A DNA stretch of 64,000 bases from Microcoleus sp. (lineage in GTDB: Bacteria > Cyanobacteriota > Cyanobacteriia > Cyanobacteriales > Microcoleaceae), in the NCBI GenBank assembly GCA_042408215.1, contig JAYFMW010000030.1, positions 224,001 to 288,000 of the forward strand, in the 5' to 3' direction. Positions 40,699-52,413 of the stretch are shown here, piece by piece; within the stretch, counting starts at the first letter, position 1; each line of letters starts with the position of its first letter. Position numbers and translations under genes: made by a program. A model generated the notes under the pieces. The model searched no databases. It had not been told where the DNA came from and worked only from the letters and a program-made list of their open reading frames with translations.

Positions 40699-41211
40699 TC
40701 AAAGTTCCTCAGAAATAGAATCGCGATCGTCCTGTCTTCTCGGCGGCGGTGCACTGTGGAAAGTGGCAATTAGCAAACAGATAATCCCAGCATTGATAAA
40801 AACATCAGCTAGATTAAAAACCGGGAACCTAATTATCCGAAAATCGAGAAAATCTACAACGTGGCCGGAAATAAATCGATCGATCCCATTCCCCAGTGCG
40901 CCCCCCAAAATCAAGCCATAGCCAGCTTGTTCCCAGCGATTAATTCGTGGCCCGAACCAAGCGAGTACCATCAATCCCACACTAACGCCCAAAGACAGCC
41001 AGCGCAACCAAATCGCCCCGCCACTAAACAAACTAAAAGCCGCACCGGTATTAACAACATAAGTGAAGTGAAACACCCCAGACCACAGTGGCTGAGTCTG
41101 CGGAGGAACAGCCAAGTCAAAATTTTGCACCACCCAAAACTTAGTCAAGTGGTCTAAAACTAAACTGATAATAGCAGCAACCCAGAACCAAGGATTTCTT
41201 TTAAAACGCAT
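40699..41211 (-). CDS. lspA: Lipoprotein signal peptidase II
   Basis: DHLTK, NTGAAFS, GALGNGIDR, VVDF, FNLAD. Confidence 0.97.
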   Translation of the reverse strand: MRFKRNPWFWVAAIISLVLDHLTKFWVVQNFDLAVPPQTQPLWSGVFHFTYVVNTGAAFSLFSGGAIWLRWLSLGVSVGLMVLAWFGPRINRWEQAGYGLILGGALGNGIDRFISGHVVDFLDFRIIRFPVFNLADVFINAGIICLLIATFHSAPPPRRQDDRDSISEEL

Positions 41212-41463
41212 GAATTAGGCAGTAGAACATAGGGCATCGGATATTGATCGGCCGCAGCGAGATGACTCTCCAGTTGCACAACAACAGTATAACCTAATTT
41301 TGCACAATTACCAATGACTGATGACTAATGACTAATGACTAATAGACATCTCCTAAAAAGCCAGTCTTGAACAGGCAGGATGCCTGTTCCACAATAATTA
41401 TGACTAATGACTAATGACTAATGACTAATGACTAATGACTGATGACTAATGACTAATGACTAA

Positions 41464-42042
41464 TTAATAAAACATCAATCGACGTAAAAAAAATGACAGC
41501 ACTGCGATCGCACAAACTACCGCCAATTGTCCAGGCAAAGGATAAACTGAATACTTGAGAATCTCATCGAATAAAGGTGTGGTTCTTGTCGGTGGCAAAA
41601 AGTGAGTGACAATCAGATAAATTAAGCCGATCGCGTGAACCGTGAACAAACCGCACAAACAGCTAAAAGCCATAGATTCCAGCCGTGACACCACCTTAAA
41701 AGCCACCCATCCGCACACCCAAGCACCCGGAACAAAACCCAGTAAATAGCCAAAACTCGGTTCCTTGAGATAGCCGATGCCGCCGCCTTGAGAAAACACC
41801 GGCCACAAAGTTAATCCTAAAGCTAAATAGGCAATTTGTGACAGAGCCGCAGCATTTTTCCCACCCATGCAGCCTACCAGCAAAACGGCTCCTATTTGAT
41901 AGGTAACACCTAAAGAATAAGCCTGAAATCCTCGACCGTCCCAAAACCAAATTGGAGTGGTGACAGATGCAGGCAAAAAAGTGCCTCCTATCGTTAGGAT
42001 TAAACCAATAAAAGCCCAGATTAGTTCGATGGGAGCAGGCAT
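41464..42042 (-). CDS. bioY: Biotin transporter BioY
   Basis: SQIAYLALGL..PVFSQGGG.GYL..PSFGYLLGF; next to bioB. Confidence 0.93.
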   Translation of the reverse strand: MPAPIELIWAFIGLILTIGGTFLPASVTTPIWFWDGRGFQAYSLGVTYQIGAVLLVGCMGGKNAAALSQIAYLALGLTLWPVFSQGGGIGYLKEPSFGYLLGFVPGAWVCGWVAFKVVSRLESMAFSCLCGLFTVHAIGLIYLIVTHFLPPTRTTPLFDEILKYSVYPLPGQLAVVCAIAVLSFFLRRLMFY

Positions 42043-42083
42043 TCGATTTTAGATTTTAGATTTTAGATTGATTCAAGTTCTGT

Positions 42084-42413
42084 TACAGCGTATTCCACGT
42101 TTATGAAGTTTAGGGACACGGCAATGCCCATTAGTGTCAACTTAAGCTCAAAGGTAGTATCAGTCTACTCTTTGACGATTAAGATTCGATCCCCCCTAGC
42201 CCCCCTTAAGAAGGGGGGGACAGGAGTCTTCTCTTTCGTCACCCCCTACTCACACCCTACTCCCTTCTTAAGGGGGATTTAGGGGGATCGAGACTCAGTT
42301 AAAAGCGATATTTATCAAGGGCTTTCGGCTTAAGTTGACACCAATGGGATCTTGGAGTGTCCCTAGGGGGATCGCTCAATCAGGGATGTCCTTCATAAAC
42401 ATACAATCTGGGT
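42084..42413. repeat. Nested palindromic MITE composite (same families as 9651-9966)
   Basis: TAGGGACAC..., GTGTCAACTTAAG/CTTAAGTTGACAC, GATCCCCC/GGGGGATC. Confidence 0.75.
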
Positions 42414-42414
42414 A

Positions 42415-43512
42415 TTATGAATTCAACTCAAAACTGCCGGGGATTGGTGCTTCGCCGCCCTCAAGTCCGAGGGATTCTAGCATGGCTCGGTCTTGCTCTG
42501 CGGGTTGACCCATAGTAGTAAGATAATGACCGACCAGCATAGCATTAATTCCAGCTTTTAAGCCGAGGTGTTGTAGTTCTCCCATGACGGCTTCTCTACC
42601 TCCTGCGTAGCGGATGATTTGAAGAGGAAGCATTAGCCTAAAAATTGCGATCGCCTTTAATGCTTCATAAGGATCTAGTGGAGGTAAATCGCCCAAAGCG
42701 GTACCTTTTCTAGCAGATAGCAAATTCACCGGTACCGACTCTACCTCTAACTCTCGCAAACTCAAAGCTAAATCTATTCTATCTTCCCAGCTTTCACCCA
42801 TGCCGATAATTCCGCCGCTGCAAGCTTGAATGCCTGCCGCTTTTAAGTTCTTAATTGTAGCAGTCCGATCGCTCCATTTGTGAGTTGTGACAATATTCGG
42901 AAAAAACTGCTCAGACGATTCTAAATTGTGGTTATAGCGCGTCACACCCGCAGCTCGCAATTCTTGAGCTTGTTCGACACTCACTTCTCCCAAAGCGCAG
43001 CAAGGCTTAATATTAGTTTCGTCAATAATTCGGCGCACTGTGTCGAGAATTTGCTCAAATTCTGAGGATTTCGGGCTGTTATGTTTAATCCCTTTTCCTT
43101 GAGAAACCAGACAAAATCTTTTAGCTCCCGCCGCTTCCGCCGCCTTCGCTTGCGCTAAAATCTCATCGGAGGTTTTTAAGCCATAAATCGGGACGTTTTC
43201 TCCCGGATGGTGAGCCGACTGAGAGCAAAAGCCGCAATTTTCCGAACAGTTACCAGACTTAACATTAATGATGCTGCACAAGTCTACCGTATTGCCGCAG
43301 CAAGCTTGACGCACGCGATCGGCTGCGGAGCACAACAGTAAAATATTTTCTTGGCCTTCTATTCCTGTCAGAGCCAGTGCTTCGTCTCTACCGATCCGAT
43401 ATCCTTTAATTATTTGCTCTACGAGGCTATCTAACCGTTGTTGCAGCGGTATTTCCTGGGGTAAAAGGTCGATCGAGCTCTGAGAAAATTTTGATAGTGG
43501 CGCTTGCACCAT
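42415..43512 (-). CDS. bioB: Biotin synthase
   Basis: CSENCGFCSQS, YNHNLESS, CSGGIIGMGE, VPVN. Confidence 0.97.
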   Translation of the reverse strand: MVQAPLSKFSQSSIDLLPQEIPLQQRLDSLVEQIIKGYRIGRDEALALTGIEGQENILLLCSAADRVRQACCGNTVDLCSIINVKSGNCSENCGFCSQSAHHPGENVPIYGLKTSDEILAQAKAAEAAGAKRFCLVSQGKGIKHNSPKSSEFEQILDTVRRIIDETNIKPCCALGEVSVEQAQELRAAGVTRYNHNLESSEQFFPNIVTTHKWSDRTATIKNLKAAGIQACSGGIIGMGESWEDRIDLALSLRELEVESVPVNLLSARKGTALGDLPPLDPYEALKAIAIFRLMLPLQIIRYAGGREAVMGELQHLGLKAGINAMLVGHYLTTMGQPAEQDRAMLESLGLEGGEAPIPGSFELNS

Positions 43513-43741
43513 TTGTTGCACCTTATGAAAACAAACATCATTGTATGGTTTTCTGGAGCTCGAACCGATATTTTTTACAATTAAACGTGAATTTTGGGGC
43601 GGGCGATTCCCTTCGGGATAGCTTCCCTCCCGCGGACTTTACCCGTTTCTGTTCTCCCAACCGTTCCCTATATCTTATTTATTCAAAACTGTCAAGATCT
43701 TTTTTAACTAAAATATTAATATATTGTAAAATGTAAATATT

Positions 43742-43760
43742 CTTAACCTAAGCTTTACTT
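43742..43760 (+). promoter_or_regulatory. Pho box (SphR site) upstream of pstS
   Basis: CTTAACCT-AAG-CTTTACTT 11-bp-period repeat matching PyTTAAPyPy(T/A), followed by TATGCT -10. Confidence 0.65.
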
Positions 43761-43810
43761 TTGAGCGCTATGCTAGTGCGGGACACCTTGTATCAGAATC
43801 AAAGCCTTAT

Positions 43811-45001
43811 ATGCTTTTTCGTATTAACCTAATTAATTCAAACCGACTGACTACCGCAATTTCGGCAATGGCGATCGCCCTCAGCTTAGCAGCTTGTGGT
43901 GGCGGCAGCACAACCACCAGCAGCACCCCCACCCCCGGCGGCGACACCGCAACAACCCCAGGCGCTGCCCCCGTTGCAGCCACCGGCACTGCAACACCCA
44001 GCAAACTCGCCCTAGCAACAGACGTAGCCATCACCGCAGCCGGCGCGTCATTCCCCGCCCCGCTGTACCAGCGTTGGTTTCAAGACTTCAACAAAATCAA
44101 CTCCAAAGTACAAATTAACTATCAATCGGTCGGCAGCGGCGCAGGAGTCGAACAGTTTACCAAAGGTACCGTAGACTTTGGAGCCAGCGACACCGCCATG
44201 AAGGACGATGAAATCGCCAAAGTGCCAGCAGACAAAGGCGTGATACTGTTGCCCATGACAGCCGGCAGCATCGTCATCGCCTACAACCTGCCAGACGTAC
44301 CCGAACTGAAACTGCCGAGAGACGTTTATGTAGACATCTTCGCCGGTAAAATTACTAAGTGGAACGACCCCAAAATTGCAGCAGCCAATCCGGGCGCTAA
44401 ATTGCCAGACCAAAATATCACAGTTGTACGCCGTTCTGACGGTAGCGGTACCACCGCCGTCTTCACCAAACACCTGAGTGCCATCAGTCCAGAATGGAAA
44501 GAAAAAGTAGGGGAAGGCAAGACAGTAGAGTGGCCTTCTCCCGGTAATGTTGGTGGCAAAGGGAATGAAGGTGTCACCGCTTCTATTCAACAAACCGTTG
44601 GTGCTATTGGCTACATTGAGTACGGCTACGCCAAAAACAACAACGTCAAATTTGCATCTTTGCAAAACAAAGCAGGCACATTTGTCACAGCTAATGACGA
44701 GTCAGCTTCTCAAGCTCTAGCAACAGCGCCACTGCCGGAAAATCTGCGAGCATTTATCGAAGACCCAGAAGGCGCTCAATCCTATCCAATTGTCACCTAC
44801 ACTTGGATGCTAGTCCCCAAAACAGTTGCTGACCCCAACAAAGCTAAAGCGATCGAGGCTATGATTGAATACGGCTTGAATGAAGGCCAAAAAGTTAGTT
44901 CTGAATTGGGCTACGTTCCTCTGCCCCAAAGCGTTAAAGAAAAAGTGGCCTTGGCGGCCGATGGCATCAGCCCCGACTACAAGATTGAGGTTGCCAAATA
45001 G
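43811..45001 (+). CDS. pstS: Phosphate ABC transporter substrate-binding lipoprotein
   Basis: LAAC lipobox, AGASFPAPLY, YQSVGSGAG, RSDGSGTT. Confidence 0.97.
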   Translation: MLFRINLINSNRLTTAISAMAIALSLAACGGGSTTTSSTPTPGGDTATTPGAAPVAATGTATPSKLALATDVAITAAGASFPAPLYQRWFQDFNKINSKVQINYQSVGSGAGVEQFTKGTVDFGASDTAMKDDEIAKVPADKGVILLPMTAGSIVIAYNLPDVPELKLPRDVYVDIFAGKITKWNDPKIAAANPGAKLPDQNITVVRRSDGSGTTAVFTKHLSAISPEWKEKVGEGKTVEWPSPGNVGGKGNEGVTASIQQTVGAIGYIEYGYAKNNNVKFASLQNKAGTFVTANDESASQALATAPLPENLRAFIEDPEGAQSYPIVTYTWMLVPKTVADPNKAKAIEAMIEYGLNEGQKVSSELGYVPLPQSVKEKVALAADGISPDYKIEVAK

Positions 45002-45013
45002 TAATAGAAGTCA

Positions 45014-45152
45014 GTTGACTGTTGACTGTTGACTGTTGACTGTTGACTGTTGACTGTTGACTGTTGACTGTTGACTGTTGACTGTTAACTGTTGACTGTT
45101 GACTGTTGACTGTTGGCAGTTGACTGTTGACTGTTGACTGTTGGCAGTTGTC
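45014..45152. repeat. STRR heptamer array (GTTGACT)n
   Basis: Direct inspection. Confidence 0.9.
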
Positions 45153-45533
45153 AGAGGGAAAAAGCCCTTCGGCTTAGCGAGTGGGTAAAAAGAAGGAAGA
45201 AAGAAGAGAGATATTTCTGTAGGGGCGGGCGATTCCCGCTCGCGAAGCGGTGCCCGCTCGCGTAGTCGAAGGGTCGAAGGGTCGAAGGGTTCACCAACAA
45301 TAATTGCCTAAAACCCACAATCTCATAAACCCGCCCCCACCCAACGGTAAATCGCTATCTACGTCTTTCAAGATATAATGGGCGGGTTGAACCAGAAATA
45401 TTTGTTGAAAAATCAGGGGATTAATTAACCCGCCCATCTTTGATTTTATCTATGGTCTTTCTTTCTGCTTCCTTCCAGCTAGCTTTTTCCTAAAATTGCT
45501 CTTTTTCATTACTAATTATTGGGTTTTTTTTCT

Positions 45534-46490
45534 ATGATTTCAGATAATAATAGCGCTCAGTCAGAGAGCAGATCGCGCTCAGGGGCAGAAAAGTCCTTAG
45601 ACCAAGCCTTCATCTGGCTGACTCGGATTTTGGGCCTAGGAATTGGGGTAATTTTGCTGGTAATCGCGCTCACGGTTACTTTCAGAGCGTTACCTGCTAT
45701 TCAACAGTACGGTTTGGGATTTCTATTTAGCAGTAGCTGGAATCCGGTTAAAGAAGAGTACGGTGCTCTGCCGATGATTTACGGGACGATCGTCAGTTCG
45801 GCGATCGGGCTCCTAATTGCAGTACCATTAGGAGTAGGAACTGCTATCTTCTTGAGTGAAGATTTTCTACCGCTACCAATCCGCACAGCTTTGGTTTTTT
45901 TGGTAGAACTCTTAGCAGCCATTCCTAGCGTAGTTTACGGTTTGTGGGGAATTGCTGTATTGATTCCCATTATTAGCACTGTCGGAAAGTTTCTCAACGG
46001 CACTTTCGGATGGCTGCCAATTTTTAGCACCCCGCCAGTGGGCCCCGGAATGTTACCAGCCGGAGTAATTTTGGGAATTATGACTTTGCCCATTATTACT
46101 GCTATCTCCCGCGACTCTTTGGTAAGTCTTCCTCCCGAATTGCGACAAGCATCTTTAGGCTTAGGAGCTACTCGCTGGACAACCATTTTTAGGGTACTCG
46201 TACCTGCTGCTTTCTCCGGCATAGTCGGCGGCATTATGCTCGGTTTGGGTCGCGCTATGGGAGAAACAATGGCTGCAACTCTGTTAATTGGCAATTCCAA
46301 TCAGTTAAGTATTTCTGTGCTAGCTCCTGCAAATACTATTGCTTCTTTGATGGCAAATCAGTTTGCCGAAGCTTCCGGCTTGCAAGTATCAGCTCTGATG
46401 TACACGGGGCTAATTTTGTTTATTATGACGCTGATTGTTAATATCTTGGCAGAGTGGATTGTTTCCCAAGTCAGAGCCAAGTACAACTAA
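45534..46490 (+). CDS. pstC: Phosphate ABC transporter permease
   Basis: ELLAAIPSVVYGLWG, GRAMGETMA. Confidence 0.96.
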   Translation: MISDNNSAQSESRSRSGAEKSLDQAFIWLTRILGLGIGVILLVIALTVTFRALPAIQQYGLGFLFSSSWNPVKEEYGALPMIYGTIVSSAIGLLIAVPLGVGTAIFLSEDFLPLPIRTALVFLVELLAAIPSVVYGLWGIAVLIPIISTVGKFLNGTFGWLPIFSTPPVGPGMLPAGVILGIMTLPIITAISRDSLVSLPPELRQASLGLGATRWTTIFRVLVPAAFSGIVGGIMLGLGRAMGETMAATLLIGNSNQLSISVLAPANTIASLMANQFAEASGLQVSALMYTGLILFIMTLIVNILAEWIVSQVRAKYN

Positions 46491-46640
46491 AACAGGACTG
46501 ACGTATCAAAACCAAAGAAACCGGGTTTTTTGCCGTTTATGCGGGCTTTAACGAAGTATTTTCGCAAAAAACCCGGTAGATCACCACCCGTTCGTATGTC
46601 CTATAAAAGTTGGCGACAATTTCCCATAAAATTGTAATTT

Positions 46641-47537
46641 ATGTCAAAAATCTCGTCCGAACATCGCGATTATTTTGCCTCTAAGACAGGCAGTTTGAAG
46701 AAGGTTAAAGGCAGTCCGCAATCGCTGTTCAATATCGCGATGACGGTATTAGCAGTGGCCTGTTTGGCAATTACTCTTTTGCCTTTGTTTGCAGTGCTTT
46801 CCTACGTCACCGTACAAGGTTTCAATCGCCTGAATTTAGACTTGTTTACCAAGCTGCCACCGCCACCCGGACTATCGGGAGGCGGTATTGCTAATGCAAT
46901 TCTCGGTACATTGATGACGGTGGGAATTGCTTCTTTAATTGCTGTTCCTTTTGGCGTATTGGCCGCCGTTTATTTGTCGGAATTTAGCAAAGGCTCCATA
47001 GCTCGCTGGGTTCGCTTTGCTACTAATGTCCTCAGCGGAGTTCCTTCGATTATTGCGGGGGTATTTGCCTACGGTTTGTTTGTAGTAAATATGGGAGGCT
47101 TTTCGGCAATTGCAGGCGGTGCGGCGCTGGCGGTGCTGATGTTGCCGACGATTGTGCGAACTACTGACGAAGCTCTACAAATCGTCCCTCAAGATATTAG
47201 ATGGGCATCGGTTGGTGTGGGTGCATCTAATTATCAAACGGTGTTGCAGGTGGTTTTGCCTGCGGCAATTCCGGCTATTTTAACTGGTGTGACTCTGGCA
47301 ATTGCCCGCGCTGCGGGAGAAACGGCTCCTTTGATTTTCACTGCGCTAAATTCGCCTTTTTGGCCGGCAGGATTTGATAAGCCAACTCCGTCGCTTTCGG
47401 TTTTGGTTTACAACTTTGCAACGGTTCCTTTTCAGGCACAGAAAGAATTGGCTTGGGCTGCATCTTTAATTTTGGTGTTAATGGTTTTGCTGACGAGTAT
47501 TCTTTCTCGTTGGGCAACTCGCCAAAAGGTTTATTGA
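46641..47537 (+). CDS. pstA: Phosphate ABC transporter permease
   Basis: GVPSIIAG, ARAAGETAPL. Confidence 0.96.
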   Translation: MSKISSEHRDYFASKTGSLKKVKGSPQSLFNIAMTVLAVACLAITLLPLFAVLSYVTVQGFNRLNLDLFTKLPPPPGLSGGGIANAILGTLMTVGIASLIAVPFGVLAAVYLSEFSKGSIARWVRFATNVLSGVPSIIAGVFAYGLFVVNMGGFSAIAGGAALAVLMLPTIVRTTDEALQIVPQDIRWASVGVGASNYQTVLQVVLPAAIPAILTGVTLAIARAAGETAPLIFTALNSPFWPAGFDKPTPSLSVLVYNFATVPFQAQKELAWAASLILVLMVLLTSILSRWATRQKVY

Positions 47538-47689
47538 AGTCATTAGTCATTGGTTATTTGTTATTTGTTATTTGTTATTGGTTATTTGTTACTCCCTGGG
47601 GGCTGGTAATAACCAATAACCAATAACTCACAACTAATAACATAACATTTTCTCGTTATTTTGTAAAATTCGCTTGGAGTATTAACTGT

Positions 47690-48487
47690 ATGATGCACTT
47701 GGAACAAAAGACTGAAACAGTTTTGCAGGTAGACAATATCAATATTTTTTACGGCGCTTTTCAAGCTGTGAAAAATGTTTCGATTGAGATTCCTAAAAAT
47801 CAGATTACTGCTTTTATCGGGCCGTCTGGCTGTGGCAAAAGTACGATTCTGCGATGTTTTAATCGTCTTAACGATTTGGTTAACGGTTTTCGTTTAAACG
47901 GTCAAATTTATTATCACGGTCAAAATCTGTACGATCCTGATATTGATGCTGTGGAGGTGCGCCGCAAGATTGGGATGGTGTTTCAAAAGCCGAATCCTTT
48001 CCCGAAGTCGATTTATGACAATATTGCTTACGGTGCAAGGGTGAATAATTATAAGGGCGATATGGATGAGTTGGTGGAAAATTCGCTTCGCCAAGCTTAT
48101 TTGTGGAATGAGGTGAAGGATAAGCTGAAGCAAAGTGGTTTTTCGCTTTCGGGTGGCCAGCAGCAGCGTTTGTGTATTGCTAGGGCGATCGCGATTAATC
48201 CTGATGTAGTATTAATGGATGAACCTTGCGCTTCTCTTGACCCGATTTCTACTAGCAAAATTGAGGAGTTGATGCGGGAACTGAAAGAGCAGTATACGAT
48301 TGTCATCGTTACTCACAATATGCAGCAAGCTTCTCGCGTTTCTGACCTGACTGCTTTTTTCAATGCTAAACTTTCTGACGATGGGAAGCGGTTCGGCTAT
48401 CTTGTGGAGTGCGACAAGACTGAGGTGATTTTCCAAAGTCCGAAGGAAGAGTCTACTATGGAATATGTCAGCGGTCGTTTTGGCTGA
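47690..48487 (+). CDS. pstB: Phosphate ABC transporter ATPase
   Basis: [36 protein letters not shown]. Confidence 0.97.
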   Translation: MMHLEQKTETVLQVDNINIFYGAFQAVKNVSIEIPKNQITAFIGPSGCGKSTILRCFNRLNDLVNGFRLNGQIYYHGQNLYDPDIDAVEVRRKIGMVFQKPNPFPKSIYDNIAYGARVNNYKGDMDELVENSLRQAYLWNEVKDKLKQSGFSLSGGQQQRLCIARAIAINPDVVLMDEPCASLDPISTSKIEELMRELKEQYTIVIVTHNMQQASRVSDLTAFFNAKLSDDGKRFGYLVECDKTEVIFQSPKEESTMEYVSGRFG

Positions 48488-48776
48488 TTTGTATTTTTGG
48501 GGCTGGCGGGACGCCAATTGGTGTCAACTTAAACTCACTCATTTGTACTCCTCTGCTGTCTGACGATGAGTCCTTCGATCCCCCCTAGCCCACCTTAAAA
48601 ATGGGGGAACCGGAGCATTCAATGGTAAGGTGCGTCGCCCGAAACAATCTGCAAGTTTCATTTCTCATTACTCAGCGACGCACCCTACAGAGAGTGCACC
48701 TCACTTCATTCATAAAACCGCTATAAATTGTATTTTTGGGGCTGGTTCATTGGCCCACAACACAACAATTTCGCAA

Positions 48777-49514
48777 TTACAATACCCTAAAATATTCGAT
48801 TCCTTCCAGGATTCCCCAAGCGCAGGCAGAGCTAGCTAAATAATGATTTTTACCACCAGATTCGCGGTACCATTCTAAGAGTTCTGACTGAGCATTGGCG
48901 ACTATTACTCCCCGCACATCTTGTTCAAACATACTGATATCATGGCGCGAATCGCCGCACACTAATGTTGCATCGGCTGGAATTTTTAGGCGCTTTTGCA
49001 AATAAGTAAGGGCGTTGCCTTTAGTGCTCGTTTGTGGTAAAATATCTACCTCTCCATTGCTGCTCAAAATTATTTGAGCAGCCAGTCCAGATTCAGCTAA
49101 TTTTTGCTGCAACGCATGGAAAATAGAGGCGGTTTCCGTCACTGATTCCAGAGAAAAACTCAACTTCCAAGGATTTTGTTGATTGGAAGATTGGGGTTTA
49201 AGCTGAGAAAACTGCTGAGTTAAAGAGGCGAGGGCCATTTTATCCCAGTTCTGAGAAAGATATTCTGCCCAATCTAAATCGATGATGCCGTTTCGGTAAA
49301 TCTCGCTGCCTATACCTGTGATTAAATAGTCGGGTGCTAGCAGTTGGTTTTGGGCGATTAATTCGCAAGTGGAAGCATAAGAAGACTCCGTAGCGTAGAC
49401 TAAACAAAATTGCGATCGCTTTGATTGCAAGTGCTGGTTTAAGGCTAGAGTTGCTGGGCGATCTCCGACTAGCGTGTTGTCTAAGTCTGTCACTAATAAA
49501 TTCATTCTGGTCAT
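48777..49514 (-). CDS. Sucrose-phosphatase-like HAD-IIB hydrolase (atypical motif II)
   Basis: [31 protein letters not shown] in place of the usual YATGRS. Confidence 0.82.
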   Translation of the reverse strand: MTRMNLLVTDLDNTLVGDRPATLALNQHLQSKRSQFCLVYATESSYASTCELIAQNQLLAPDYLITGIGSEIYRNGIIDLDWAEYLSQNWDKMALASLTQQFSQLKPQSSNQQNPWKLSFSLESVTETASIFHALQQKLAESGLAAQIILSSNGEVDILPQTSTKGNALTYLQKRLKIPADATLVCGDSRHDISMFEQDVRGVIVANAQSELLEWYRESGGKNHYLASSACAWGILEGIEYFRVL

Positions 49515-49928
49515 GGGGAATGGGGAATTGGGAATTGGGAATTGGGAATGGGGAATTGGGAATTGGGAATTGGGAATGGGGAATTGGGAATGGGGAATGG
49601 GGAATTGGGAATGGGGAATTGGGAATGGGGAATGGGGAATTGGGAATGGGGAATGGGGAATTGGGAATGGGGAATGGGGAATTGGGAATGGGGAATTGGG
49701 AATTGGGAATTGGGAATTGGGAATTGGGAATTGGGAATTGGGAATTGGGAATTGGGAATTGGGAATGGGGAATGGGGAATTGGGAATGGGGAATTGGGAA
49801 TTGGGAATTGGGAATGGGGAATTGGGAATTGGGAATTGGGAATTGGGAATTGGGAATTGGGAATTGGGAATTGGGAATTGGGAATTGGGAATTGGGAATT
49901 GGGAATTGGGAATTGGGAATTGGGAATA
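49513..49928. repeat. Long STRR heptamer array (GGGAATT/GGGAATG), ~59 units
   Basis: Direct inspection. Confidence 0.95.
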
Positions 49929-50033
49929 AAAATATCTGACTATTTATAATGTTTGTTGCATAAAATAGATTTATTTGATAACAACTTAGTTAAGATTTTC
50001 TCGTTGGATTTTTGCAGAAGTGGTGTGAGTGTT

Positions 50034-50460
50034 ATGGTTAAGAATGCAACCTCCGTTAGAGCTTTTTGGCTGTGTTTTTGGGTTTCTGGCGTGGCTGTGC
50101 TTTTGCAGCCGCGACGGCTCAATTTCAGGATAACCTAACTCCAGAAGTTCCGCTAGAAGGTGATGCTGTCTCTAGGAGTATCTCAGATGAAACGCCGCGG
50201 TTGAGGTTGAACCATCGCACTTTAGCAGAAACAGCCGAGAGTCACAGCCCCAAAAGTAACGGCGGCAATTCGTGAATTTCCCCCAAAGGAGTTAGAAACT
50301 GCAAACTCTCCTCAGTCTCAAACAGTTGCTGAAGTCGGTACAGTGCCGCCGGCGCGAATTGGCGATCGGGTTTCAGAAGGAACGTTTATATCGAGCTGCA
50401 TAAGTTGATCTAAATTGGTTTTATTTTCGATCGCCGTTGAGCCTGTACCCTAAAGCTTAC
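50034..50460 (+). pseudogene. Possible decayed 5' fragment of a secreted-protein gene
   Basis: Signal-peptide-like MVKNATSVRAFWLCFWVSGVAVLLQP continues as ATAQ.. in a shifted frame, then hits stops. Confidence 0.3.
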
Positions 50461-50702
50461 CAGAATTGCCATGTTTTTCTCAAGCCGAAGTGCTCAGGGA
50501 TAGAGATAATTTTTGGCAGTAATTTACCAGAACAAAAATTATGGTATCGATCGTTTGTCTTGGGCTTTAAATAGTTACAAATTGTAAATTATATAGCAGT
50601 TCTCAATCTTGGTGAGGTATGCCCTATGCCCTATGCCCTATGCCCTATGCCCTATGCCCTATATCAAGCGTGCACCGCACTGTTACTGAGAAAGGCTATA
50701 TG

Positions 50703-51365
50703 TCATTTATCTTGAATTATCCGGTCTAGTTCCGAAATATTATTAATAACAAACCTCGGTTGCAGCCCCAAACATTCAGTGCGATCGCCATATCCATAGG
50801 CCGCCCAACAAGCATCTATTCCAGCATTTTTAGCAAACAGCAAATCAACGGCTGTATCGCCAACCATTAAAACTTGACTGTTATCTAAATCGGGAAAAAG
50901 CGGTTTAAGAATCGAGTCAAATACAGTCGAATCAGGTTTCTGAGTGATTTCTCCGTTATCGCCTACAATTAAGTCAAAAAAACTGTGAATCTTGAATTTA
51001 TCCAAAAATAAATTGACAAAATTAACCTGTTTATTGCTGAAAACTCCAAGGCTTAATCCCGATTCGCTTGCCAACTGCAAGATGGTCTTGGTTCCGGGAA
51101 ATAGCTCTAGTTGTTTTTCACCTTCTGTGCGATAATAGGAGCGGTAAGTTTCAATCCATACAGGAATTTGGGTTTCATCGATCGCCGGAGCAAGGATTTT
51201 GAAAGTATTTGCTAAATCCATGCCGATCGTCCCTCGAATTGTAGATGACGCAGGCGGCGCGATCTGGAAATTTTCAAAAGTTTTGGTGATACAAAAGACA
51301 ATGGCTTTGTGAGTAATTGCCAAAGTGCCATCAAAGTCGAAAATAATTAACTTGTACTGACTCAT
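50703..51365 (-). CDS. HAD-family phosphatase (Gph-like)
   Basis: IFDFDGTL, FSNK, KPD, MVGDTAVD. Confidence 0.9.
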   Translation of the reverse strand: MSQYKLIIFDFDGTLAITHKAIVFCITKTFENFQIAPPASSTIRGTIGMDLANTFKILAPAIDETQIPVWIETYRSYYRTEGEKQLELFPGTKTILQLASESGLSLGVFSNKQVNFVNLFLDKFKIHSFFDLIVGDNGEITQKPDSTVFDSILKPLFPDLDNSQVLMVGDTAVDLLFAKNAGIDACWAAYGYGDRTECLGLQPRFVINNISELDRIIQDK

Positions 51366-51414
51366 ATTCCGAACCCAATCTAAAGTATAATTTTTCAGCA
51401 TTCAAGAGGTTAAC

Positions 51415-52179
51415 ATGAGTGTCACCGAAAAAACCGAATTTATAACACCAGATTTCCCAGACCACACTCAACTACCAGAATCCGACGGTACTTTTGTGAA
51501 AAACTTTCAAGAACATCCTCAAAGCATCCTGTTAACAACATCAATTAGACCCATTTTAGACCGGATTCATCCCGACGGACAATATTGCATCGGTCAAGAT
51601 TCCGGTATTTATTGGCGAGTCGCCCAACCCCCAGAACCGCCAGAAAGAGGAGCCGAAGCACCAGATTGGTTTTACGTGCCCGACGTGCCGCCAACTATCG
51701 AGGGAAATATGCGCCGTTCCTATGTAATGTGGCAAGAATTAATGCCACCTCTAATTGTACTAGAATTTGTGTCTGGAGATGGCAGCGAAAAAAGAGATAG
51801 AACTCCAAGAGAGGGCAAATTCTGGATTTACGAGCGGATAATTCGACCTGCTTTTTACGGAATTTATGAAGTAAAAAAAGCCCAAGTTGAATTGTATCAT
51901 TTGGTAGAAAATCGATTTGAGTTAGTGCGTAAAAATCAGCGCGGACATTACCAAATCGAGCAGATGGAAGTGGAATTAGGCATTTGGCAAGGGGTTTATC
52001 AGGGCGTAGAACTCCCTTGGCTACGCTGGTGGGATGCTGAGGGGAATTTGATCCAGGCCGCTGAGGAACGGGTAGAACAAGCGGAATTAGCCGCCGAACG
52101 AGAACGACAAAGGCGAATAGAAGCTGAGTTGCAAATTAAAGCTTTAGAAGCGCGTTTACGAGAGTTAGAAGGAGGGTAA
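51415..52179 (+). CDS. Uma2/DUF820 family PD-(D/E)XK protein
   Basis: LPESDG, EAPDWFYVP, PLIVLEFVS, WLRWWD, C-terminal coiled coil. Confidence 0.92.
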   Translation: MSVTEKTEFITPDFPDHTQLPESDGTFVKNFQEHPQSILLTTSIRPILDRIHPDGQYCIGQDSGIYWRVAQPPEPPERGAEAPDWFYVPDVPPTIEGNMRRSYVMWQELMPPLIVLEFVSGDGSEKRDRTPREGKFWIYERIIRPAFYGIYEVKKAQVELYHLVENRFELVRKNQRGHYQIEQMEVELGIWQGVYQGVELPWLRWWDAEGNLIQAAEERVEQAELAAERERQRRIEAELQIKALEARLRELEGG

Positions 52180-52413
52180 AATCAGTTGAGCCGATCGGCA
52201 AATATCGAGAGTCGATCGCAATTGTCAGAATCCAGAGGGCGGGTGGATTAAATTATTGGTTTTGAGGCGTAAATGGCGGGTTTTACCCGCCCAGGAGCAC
52301 ATATTCTTGCTGATTTATCCGGTTTGTAGTATGGAAATTTAAAAAAATATCACTTCTCATCCAGAAGCTGCTTATATTATTTGATAAGTATTGCATCATT
52401 TTGTGTAGAGTAT

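Noticed and set aside
49421..49949. WELGIGN-repeat ORFs in three frames
   Set aside because: Translation artefacts of the stop-free heptamer array.
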